Source of the DNA: Candidatus Cloacimonadales bacterium
GTDB lineage: Bacteria > Cloacimonadota > Cloacimonadia > Cloacimonadales > JAIOQZ01
Direction of reading: 5' to 3'
DNA: 64,000 nt
Assembly (NCBI GenBank): GCA_963674825.1
Contig: OY771587.1
Coordinates: 2,816,001-2,880,000 of the forward strand
The translations under genes were made by a program, and so were the position numbers. Shown in pieces: positions 49,788-56,815 of this stretch; the stretch's first letter is position 1; each line of letters starts with the position of its first letter. The notes under the pieces were generated by a model. The model did not search any database. It was not told the origin of the DNA and saw only the letters and a list, made by a program, of their open reading frames with translations.

Positions 49788-50516
49788 TTAGATCGAAACT
49801 TCCTGCGGTGAAGAGTTGATGATTACCGTTCCAATCCCAGTCGAGAGGTCGATATCAATCTTCTTCACACCTTCTTCTTTGAACAGGTCGTTCACATAAA
49901 CACCATCTTCGGTTTCGTAGAGTCCGTCGATATCAATATCGCCCAGTCCGCGATCTACTTCGACACGTATCCCCATATCACCGGGGAGCTTGATCTTGAC
50001 TTCACCGATTCCAGTGTTGATTTCTGCATAGATGTCGTTCTTGTAAGAGCCGGACAGATCAATATACGTCTCACCAACGCCAAGGTTTAAATTCAGAGCA
50101 TAGACGTTTGCCTCGGATAGATCGATATTTGATTCACCAACACCGCATTCAATCGAAAGATCGAGCGCGACCTCTTTGTTGAGTGAAAGTTCCCATTCGC
50201 TATAGGCCTTCTTCATGTGCGTTTCTCCGCCAACGTGCTGGAGATCGAGGAAGTAGCCTTCATCGGATTTCTCCAGGCTGTACTCGGGTTTCAACGCTTC
50301 ATTATTCCAGGCAAAACTTGCCTCTGCGAGTTTCTCCGTTTCGGAATCGATATCCAGTTTACCGATGCCGAATTCAATCGAAACATCGAGCGGTTTGACT
50401 CCATCCATATCGAAGGAGACGTCCTTACGTTCGGCTTCCGACATATCGGTGTCGTAACATCCGAACAACGTGATCAGAATCGTTAAAAGAATCAGAACAT
50501 AGCCTGTCTTTCTCAT
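49788..50516 (-). CDS. Lipoprotein with beta-solenoid 'toast-rack' repeats (DUF2154/LiaG-like)
   Basis: Lipobox LFGC; repeated G(V/I)GE..IDLS units. Confidence 0.72.
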   Translation of the reverse strand: MRKTGYVLILLTILITLFGCYDTDMSEAERKDVSFDMDGVKPLDVSIEFGIGKLDIDSETEKLAEASFAWNNEALKPEYSLEKSDEGYFLDLQHVGGETHMKKAYSEWELSLNKEVALDLSIECGVGESNIDLSEANVYALNLNLGVGETYIDLSGSYKNDIYAEINTGIGEVKIKLPGDMGIRVEVDRGLGDIDIDGLYETEDGVYVNDLFKEEGVKKIDIDLSTGIGTVIINSSPQEVSI

Positions 50517-50530
50517 TTGGTCCTCCCTTG

Positions 50531-51367
50531 TTATTTAACTTCCTTCATTTTGTACAGATAGCTGCCGATTACATATGTGGCGCTAGCGAAGACGATTTTC
50601 CAAAGATGTTCAAGCCTGAAAAGCATGCTCCAGTTCATTGCAGTCACAAGGCTTATATCCATCTTGTTGATTTTGAAGAGAAATTTGCCCAGATGCAGTA
50701 CGGGCTGCGGGATATGCCACCCGAAAAGAACATTGATAATCGCGATAAGCGCAGTGGCGATCAGGATAATCCCCAGACCTTTGGCGAAGGCCTTGTCCTT
50801 GAAGATCGCGGAACAGAGGTAGCTGAAGCTTCCGGCAACCAGAATGATCAGCGACATCTCGACATACCCCATTATCATGCCCTTGAAGGCAATCCACAGG
50901 TTGTACGAGCCGATGACCATGTAGCCCATGATGATGCTGAGAATGAACAAACCGAATGTTGCCACAAACAGCACGGCCAGATTTCCGCCGATCGTAACCA
51001 GATAGCGCGACGCGGTTACTTTCCAGAGCGATACCGGCTGAATACGGTAGAACACGTCGCAATGCTTCTGCGAATCGTTGTTCAATGCACCGCTGGCGAG
51101 CGCAATAGCGAAGATAAGCGCCAGCAAGCCGGGGAAGTTGGCCAGCATGATATTGTACAGGAAGATGCCTGTGTCGAGCGGTTCGCCCACGTCATCCAGA
51201 ACTCCGTGCAACTCGAAGATATTAAATTCGAAGCCATGATAGAAGTAAGCGGTAATGGACAGGGCAACGGTGAGGATCAGCATTCCGGCCGTGATCCAGA
51301 TAGTCAGCATAGCTGTCCTGCGCGAGAGGATCCAGTCTTTTTTAACGAGCCCTATGAAGTTATTCAT
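50531..51367 (-). CDS. ABC-2 type transporter permease
   Basis: LVKKDW start, about 6 TM segments and FYRIQPVS motif; start at ATG 51367. Confidence 0.78.
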   Translation of the reverse strand: MNNFIGLVKKDWILSRRTAMLTIWITAGMLILTVALSITAYFYHGFEFNIFELHGVLDDVGEPLDTGIFLYNIMLANFPGLLALIFAIALASGALNNDSQKHCDVFYRIQPVSLWKVTASRYLVTIGGNLAVLFVATFGLFILSIIMGYMVIGSYNLWIAFKGMIMGYVEMSLIILVAGSFSYLCSAIFKDKAFAKGLGIILIATALIAIINVLFGWHIPQPVLHLGKFLFKINKMDISLVTAMNWSMLFRLEHLWKIVFASATYVIGSYLYKMKEVK

Positions 51368-52205
51368 TGTTACCTCCCGTTTCCGACATAAAGAGGTCTG
51401 ACAGCCCGGGCCGTTCATATTCTGCACCTTCGATCTCCACATCGTTACCTACGATCGCCGAGATCCTGCCCAGTGTATAATTGACCTGTTTCGGGTTTGC
51501 TGCTAGTAGTTCCGACCGTTGGTCAACCGGTACGCTGACCATTTTAAACCGATCTTTCAATGCATCCACGTCTTCATGCAAAAGCACCTTACCATTATCG
51601 ATAAAGATGATTTCCTGTAATATCTGCTCCACTTCTTCCACCTGGTGTGTGGAGATGAGGATGGTCTTGTTTTCATCGAAGTACTCACCCAAAATGGTGT
51701 TGAAGAATTCCTTGCGGAATACGATATCCAAGCCAAGTGTCGGTTCGTCCAAAATCAGGAGATCTACGTCCAGTGAGAGGGTAACCAGCAGGTAGAGCTT
51801 GGTCTTCATACCCTTAGAGAGCTTCGAAACCTTCTGCTTGGGCGAGAGTCCGCTCTTGGCAAGCAGGTTGAGTGCCGTTGATTCTTTCCATCGCGGGTTT
51901 TGCGAGGCGACGAATTGCAGCGTCTGCTCCACAGTCAGCCGGTCGTCCAATCCGTTCACGTCGGGAATGAAGGCGATACGCTCGAACAGCTTGTGCTTCA
52001 TCGCTTGCACGGGCTCGCCATCGAAGAATATCTCACCCTCGTAGTGCAGAAGCCCCAGCATCGATCGCATAAGCGTTGTCTTACCCGCGCCGTTCTTGCC
52101 CAGTAGCCCGATGATCTTGCCGCGTGGGATCTGCAGGTTGACGTCTTTCAGCGCTTCGAATTTGCCGTAGCGCTTACTCACGTTACGTATTTCCATCAAA
52201 CTCAT
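51360..52205 (-). CDS. ABC transporter ATP-binding protein (YtrB-like)
   Basis: GKNGAGKTT, LSKGMK, LDEPTLGLD and STHQV motifs; start at ATG 52205. Confidence 0.92.
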   Translation of the reverse strand: MSLMEIRNVSKRYGKFEALKDVNLQIPRGKIIGLLGKNGAGKTTLMRSMLGLLHYEGEIFFDGEPVQAMKHKLFERIAFIPDVNGLDDRLTVEQTLQFVASQNPRWKESTALNLLAKSGLSPKQKVSKLSKGMKTKLYLLVTLSLDVDLLILDEPTLGLDIVFRKEFFNTILGEYFDENKTILISTHQVEEVEQILQEIIFIDNGKVLLHEDVDALKDRFKMVSVPVDQRSELLAANPKQVNYTLGRISAIVGNDVEIEGAEYERPGLSDLFMSETGGNNE

Positions 52206-52206
52206 G

Positions 52207-52581
52207 TCATTCCCCCTTTTGCGTATAAACGGATTCGACCGCGTCGATGAACTCATCCCGCGTGACACCCAGTTGTTTGCCCTTACGAATCGTCTGTTCC
52301 ATTTCGTTTGTACGGAAATCGGCGATCTTCTTCTTCTGAAGCAGCTCTTGCGCTTCCTTCTCGACGAAGAAACCGATTCCTCTCTTTTTGTAGATCACGC
52401 CCTCATTAACCAGTTCACTGAGAGCATTCGATACTGTCTGCGGATTCAGCCTGTATTGCTGTGCCAGCGTCCTGATCGATGGAATCATCTCATCCTCCTT
52501 AACCGATCCCAGGATAATCGCCTTCTCTATCTCCTCCCTGAGCTGAAGATAGATGGGTACGTTATCGTCGAACTTTTTCAT
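52207..52581 (-). CDS. GntR family regulator, YtrA subfamily
   Basis: PIYLQL..PSIR.LA....NPQTV..A..EL...G..RGIGFFV; short length; precedes ABC genes; start at ATG 52581. Confidence 0.92.
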   Translation of the reverse strand: MKKFDDNVPIYLQLREEIEKAIILGSVKEDEMIPSIRTLAQQYRLNPQTVSNALSELVNEGVIYKKRGIGFFVEKEAQELLQKKKIADFRTNEMEQTIRKGKQLGVTRDEFIDAVESVYTQKGE

Positions 52582-52592
52582 TGGCACCCCCT

Positions 52593-52637
52593 TTGGTGTT
52601 ACGGTGACATAGAACACCAATAATGTAACACTGTCAA
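52593..52637 (-). promoter_or_regulatory. Promoter -35 box and YtrA-type operator
   Basis: Inverted repeat TTGGTGTT-N12-AACACCAA at 52593-52620; TTGACA on the minus strand at 52632-52637. Confidence 0.65.
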
Positions 52638-52686
52638 GATCAATATGCAAATTTTGTTTTTTATTTTTTTGGGAGAGCTTCATGGA

Positions 52687-53038
52687 TGTGCTGTCTCACC
52701 CTTTTTGGCAAAAAGTATCACTTTTCGTGGCAAATTGTATCACGATGCTGGCAAGTCTTGCCACGAGCGTGATACCAGATATCAGCGTGTTTCGCGGTTA
52801 TCTTTATGCAACGACGAGAGGTTAGCGGGAGAGTATCAAGATAATGGCAAATTCTCGCCATTATCCTGAGAACGAATCGGACAGAAAATGGTCTCACATC
52901 CTTTCTAAGCCTGCATTTCGGTCATGTTCTCACTTTCTTGGCAAGCTCTTGCCAAATTCGTGGCATCGTTTTTGGGCTGATTTGAAGCCTAATGATTGCG
53001 GTCACTGCTGTTAAATGTGAGTATCAAGATGATGGCAT
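52687..53038. repeat. Array of GT(A/C)TCA-N6-7-TGGCAA sites, putative transposase-binding end sites
   Basis: Direct copies at 52693, 52715, 52737 (22-bp period), 52833, 52927 and 53021; inverted copies at 52758-75, 52855-72 and a degenerate one at 52949-66. Confidence 0.8.
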
Positions 53039-53045
53039 AAAGAAT

Positions 53046-53069
53046 GGCCTGAATCAGTCGACTCAGGCC
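53046..53069 (-). terminator. Possible terminator of the phage late operon
   Basis: Minus strand GGCCTGAGTC-GACT-GATTCAGGCC followed by ATTCTTT, 17 nt after the last stop codon. Confidence 0.5.
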
Positions 53070-53086
53070 TGCAATATTCGAATATT

Positions 53087-53563
53087 CTACTTATCACCGC
53101 TCCAGACATACAGCTTCCCGCCGTATGCGACGACCTCCCCGATGACGCCCTCTTCAGGTAGCTCCGTGACCTCCGCGATGATGTCGGTGGTCTCGAGCTT
53201 GATATCTCCCTCCAGCGCGTGACCGTTGATCTTGGTGCGGGTCTCAACCTTGGCAGCGAGAGCCGTGGTGAGTCCGGATATCTTGCTCTGCGCCAGCGTC
53301 GGGATGCGGTCAGCGGCGAGGGTGCCGGTAGCGATTTTGGCGGCATCGAGGTCTGGTACTCGATCCACGACGAAGACGCCGGTGGTGATCTTGGAGGCGT
53401 CGAGGTCGGGGATCTGGCTCGCTTCGAGTACGCCCGTGATGTTGCCCGGCTCGATCTGCGGGATTTGCGTTGTGGTCAGCTTGCCTGATTCGTCGAGTTG
53501 CGCGATACCATTGGCGACGCCGAGTTGCCCGGAGTCGAGGATTTCCTGCCATGTGCCAGCCAT
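53087..53563 (-). CDS. Short phage tail-fibre-like repeat protein
   Basis: GVANGIAQLDESGKL motif, about four 18-aa IPDLDASKITTG-type repeats, and INGHALEGDI motif. Confidence 0.65.
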   Translation of the reverse strand: MAGTWQEILDSGQLGVANGIAQLDESGKLTTTQIPQIEPGNITGVLEASQIPDLDASKITTGVFVVDRVPDLDAAKIATGTLAADRIPTLAQSKISGLTTALAAKVETRTKINGHALEGDIKLETTDIIAEVTELPEEGVIGEVVAYGGKLYVWSGDK

Positions 53564-53721
53564 TACGCCTCCTTCGCTTCACGCTCGAGTCGACCGAGCA
53601 GCAGCAATGCGCCTTCGGTCTTGAGCAGCTTTTCGCGGGATTCCTGGATGAGTCTCTGGAGCCGCTCATACTCGTGCGTCAGCTCCAGTTTCGTGGTTTG
53701 GTAGAGTTCAGTTTGCGTCAT
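53563..53721 (-). CDS. 52-aa coiled-coil phage protein (below the ORF-track cutoff)
   Basis: MTQTELYQTTKLELTHEYERLQRLIQESREKLLKTEGALLLLGRLEREAKEA; AAGGAG RBS; ATGA and TAATG overlaps with both neighbours. Confidence 0.75.
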   Translation of the reverse strand: MTQTELYQTTKLELTHEYERLQRLIQESREKLLKTEGALLLLGRLEREAKEA

Positions 53722-53960
53722 TCGTTCTCCTTATATATGTAGGGTTTTCCGTTCTTGATGAACACCTGCCCCGGCTTGGCGTCCGGAGGGAAATCCGTGC
53801 CGCTCAGCACGAGATTCTCGTCGTGAATCCCGAGGTCTTCCTTCTCATCGACCGTCGAGTAAATCGGCTTCACGAAGGCGATATCGCGGTCGGTGGAGAC
53901 CGTCGGTTTGGTCTTGCGGTTCAACAGATCCCAAACGCTGTTCTGGCGAATCGTGTTCAC
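53718..53960 (-). CDS. Hypothetical phage protein
   Basis: Translationally coupled on both sides; C-terminal SGTDFPPDAKPGQVFIK resembles fibre 'knot' motifs. Confidence 0.65.
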   Translation of the reverse strand: MNTIRQNSVWDLLNRKTKPTVSTDRDIAFVKPIYSTVDEKEDLGIHDENLVLSGTDFPPDAKPGQVFIKNGKPYIYKENE

Positions 53961-54817
53961 GTCTGCATCAACTCCGAGACCTTCTGCGCGAGGGTGTTGG
54001 ATGAGTGCAGCACGTTGGCGAGTGCCTGCAGCGCGTCCTCATCCTGCGCGAAGGCGTCGATGATGTTGCCGAGGGTGAGTTGTGTCTCGATGGTCTCGAT
54101 GCGCTCCTCGAGCGGCGAAGTCGTGGTCGCGTAGGTATGGTCGATCTTCTTGATCATCGAGCTGAGACCGCTGTACAGCGTCACCGAGATGTTCAGAACA
54201 TCGCCGTTCTCGACACCGCTCAGTTCGCTTCCATCGATGAACACGTATGTGCTCAGAACCGTCTCGTGATGTACCTCCGAGCCGTCCTTCTCGATGAGGA
54301 TTTCAGCCTGCGTGAAGTGCACCGTCGGCGAGGTGTTGAACAGGATGCGGATGCCGCCGCTTCGGTTGACGACATCGACGCTCAGCGTCACGGAACCGAG
54401 GTCGGGCAGCAGCAGGTCGAGGGTGTTCTCGACCGTATCCAGAGCGGTCTGCAGGGCGTATTCTGAGTGCTCATGCTCAGTGTCCGCCTTGCCGTTCTGC
54501 AGGACGACGAGCGCATCGTTGATATCGTCGATATGGTGACCGATATCGTTATTGTCGGGCAGGATGATGTCCTCGGCCTGATGCGAGTGGTGCAGGCTGG
54601 ATTTTCCTGCCAGCGCGGACTGCACATCCGAGCCGTCCGAGGTGCGTATTTGCTCGGCGTTGTGCTTGTTCGATCCGGTTCCCGTATGGCCGTCGATGCT
54701 TGTCTGATGCGAGTAGAGCAGGGCGTCGATGGTGTCGAAGTTGCCGTTGAGCGCGGCGGCCCAACCGGATTCGCCTGCGACCGGCTTATAGAGGTTGAAG
54801 TTTGTAGTTTCGGGCAT
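53957..54817 (-). CDS. Phage tail fibre/baseplate-attached protein
   Basis: N-terminus TTNFNLYKP....W...LNGNFDTID typical of fibre anchors, HxH motifs; start at ATG 54817 after GGAGG. Confidence 0.6.
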   Translation of the reverse strand: MPETTNFNLYKPVAGESGWAAALNGNFDTIDALLYSHQTSIDGHTGTGSNKHNAEQIRTSDGSDVQSALAGKSSLHHSHQAEDIILPDNNDIGHHIDDINDALVVLQNGKADTEHEHSEYALQTALDTVENTLDLLLPDLGSVTLSVDVVNRSGGIRILFNTSPTVHFTQAEILIEKDGSEVHHETVLSTYVFIDGSELSGVENGDVLNISVTLYSGLSSMIKKIDHTYATTTSPLEERIETIETQLTLGNIIDAFAQDEDALQALANVLHSSNTLAQKVSELMQT

Positions 54818-54825
54818 GCGTCCTC

Positions 54826-55275
54826 CTAAAATCCCCAGCAATCGCCCCAGCCGGCGCCATAGCCGAACACGCTGTCGAAGTCGATGGGCGAAAGCTGCTT
54901 GTAGATGCTTATGAGGGTGAATTTGATGCGGCTTCTATGCGAACGCGCGTCGTCCTCGAGCTTGGGCAGTTTGTCGATGACGACCGGGAACTGCATCGTC
55001 CCCGACCCGGCGTCAAACTCGATGTAGAGCTGGTCTTCGCCGCTCAAGATGGCGTACAGCTCGTCGTACTGCGTCGCCGGCAAATAGGCTTCACACTCGA
55101 TGCTGTCCTCGTTGTATGGCTCGCGGCGGATGAGGATGGTCGGATCGAAGGCGCACTGCTTCTCGACGCGATACTTGCGCTGCGGCTGGTAGTCGATCAC
55201 GCCGCTCTCGACGACGAAACCGGAGTACACGCCGCCTGCGATGGAAATGATGCGAAAGCCGTCGTAGAGCAGCAT
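54826..55275 (-). CDS. Phage tail protein (possibly distal-tail-like)
   Basis: 149-aa ORF starting MLLYDGF, TGATG-coupled to the upstream gene; function inferred from position only. Confidence 0.5.
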   Translation of the reverse strand: MLLYDGFRIISIAGGVYSGFVVESGVIDYQPQRKYRVEKQCAFDPTILIRREPYNEDSIECEAYLPATQYDELYAILSGEDQLYIEFDAGSGTMQFPVVIDKLPKLEDDARSHRSRIKFTLISIYKQLSPIDFDSVFGYGAGWGDCWGF

Positions 55276-56711
55276 CAGACCTCCCACGCCTTGAGCACGT
55301 ACTCGTCCGCCTTGGGGTCGCGCTGCAGCTCGGTGATGCGGTACTGCACGCCCTCGATGAGCAGCTTGTCGAACAGCGACAGGTCGTACTTGGCGAGATT
55401 GTCGATGGTCGCCTCGAGACACCACGTCTGGCAGAAGAGGGTTTCATAGTAGTCCGCGACGAGGGTCTTGAGGTTGGTCGTGTCGCCGACGAGACAGTCC
55501 AGTACCGAAGTGTCGGGCCTTGAACGATTGAGCCGCTTGCGCTTGAACTCGATGATGTCTGCCGATTCGATTGTGGTGACACTGTTGCTGGCGTCGTCCT
55601 TGTTGACCAATCGCAGCGTGCCGCCGGGCTGCGAGATGATGGTCAGATTGTGCAGGAGCAGCGCGGCTTTCAGGGCCTTGAGCTTCTCCAACGGCTCGTT
55701 CTCGCCCTCGTAGAAGCCCTTCGGATACAGGTTTGCAGGGACCGCGTTGCCGGTGTAGGTGACGTACTTGTACTCCGGCGCGGTGGCGTCGTCGAGGTCG
55801 GCGTCCTCTATACCTATAGTATAGGTGTTGCCGTTGTGGTGGAATGTCCGCGCGGAAGCCCACGGCTCGAACGGGACATACTCAGCGCACAGTTCATCGC
55901 GCCACGCGAGCATTTCGGAGTACTGCGTCGTGCTGAAGATTTCCGACTTCTCGTCGATCTCGGCGTCGTCGTCCTCGATCCAGCAGATCGCGTTGTAGAA
56001 GCGGAACTTGCGCGCGTAGACCTTGCACTGGATGTTGCCCTCGTGGACGTGCTCGCAGTAGAACAGCAGGCGGAACTCGGGGACGTAATCGCCGCTGAAC
56101 ATCGGCGCGTAGCGGAAGCCGCAGTAGCACGTCAGCGTGCCATTCCACGCGCGGAACTTGCGCACCATGCGGAGCCAGTCAAGCTGCAGGACTTGCAGGT
56201 CGGTCACAGCGAGCTGGAGCGGCGTGTAGCCGTACCACGAGCACGGAATGGTGACCTCGTTGCCCAGTGCAGACTCGATCCCTTGCGCCAGATAGCGGAA
56301 GCAGTAGTCGGCCGGGTAGCCGCTGTGGAGGGCATAGAGCATGGTCTGGTCATCGAACTTGGCGAACAGCCGCAGATAGTCGTAGCAGGTGAACGCGACC
56401 ACGTCGGTCTTGGCGTTGTGACTCACGAACGAGGTGTCGATGACGCCGTGAAAGACCAGCGTGGAGCCTTCGTAGAGCCGCAGGAGGTAGTGCGAGATAT
56501 AGCGGTCGTACTCGTGCTCGCCGGAGAGAATATTTGCCTCGATCCAGTCGTCTCGAAAGCACTCGAACTCGACCCGGCGCGGCTCCTTGGCGAAGTAGCT
56601 TGTACCGGCGATCTTGTCGGCGTTGAGCCTGATATTGTCCAAGCCGTCAGCGAGGCTCAGCGAGTGTTGCACCGAGTAAGAGAATCGGTCGATAAAATCT
56701 ATTCTCCACAT
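55275..56711 (-). CDS. Phage tail-tip/hub-like protein
   Basis: 478 aa, directly downstream of the tape measure gene; VFHGVID..V.FTCYDYL and DKLLIEGVQYRITEL strands resemble tail-tip proteins. Confidence 0.55.
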   Translation of the reverse strand: MWRIDFIDRFSYSVQHSLSLADGLDNIRLNADKIAGTSYFAKEPRRVEFECFRDDWIEANILSGEHEYDRYISHYLLRLYEGSTLVFHGVIDTSFVSHNAKTDVVAFTCYDYLRLFAKFDDQTMLYALHSGYPADYCFRYLAQGIESALGNEVTIPCSWYGYTPLQLAVTDLQVLQLDWLRMVRKFRAWNGTLTCYCGFRYAPMFSGDYVPEFRLLFYCEHVHEGNIQCKVYARKFRFYNAICWIEDDDAEIDEKSEIFSTTQYSEMLAWRDELCAEYVPFEPWASARTFHHNGNTYTIGIEDADLDDATAPEYKYVTYTGNAVPANLYPKGFYEGENEPLEKLKALKAALLLHNLTIISQPGGTLRLVNKDDASNSVTTIESADIIEFKRKRLNRSRPDTSVLDCLVGDTTNLKTLVADYYETLFCQTWCLEATIDNLAKYDLSLFDKLLIEGVQYRITELQRDPKADEYVLKAWEV

Positions 56712-56734
56712 AACTTACGCCTCTCTCGACCGAT

Positions 56735-56814
56735 TCAGTTTACAGTTAATAGTTAACAGTTGAGGGGGAAAGGGAGCGGCAACTGTAAACTGTTGACTGC
56801 CAACTATTAACTGA
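56735..56814. repeat. Inverted heptamer-repeat hairpin (CAGTTAA type)
   Basis: CAGTTTA CAGTTAA TAGTTAA CAGTTGA - spacer - GCAACTG TAAACTG TTGACTG CCAACTA TTAACTG. Confidence 0.88.
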
Positions 56815-56815
56815 C

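Noticed and set aside
52693..53038. End-site array read as CRISPR or plasmid iterons
   Set aside because: Copies are degenerate, occur in both orientations with irregular spacing, and no rep or cas gene is adjacent. Iteron or res-site roles are less likely but not formally excluded.
55276..55425. N-terminal extension of the 199-aa tail ORF
   Set aside because: It overlaps the upstream gene; the coupled TGATG start at 55275 with a GGAGG RBS is more plausible.
53087..56711. Diversity-generating retroelement or invertible tail-fibre cassette
   Set aside because: No reverse transcriptase, invertase or TR/VR repeat pair is visible in the window.
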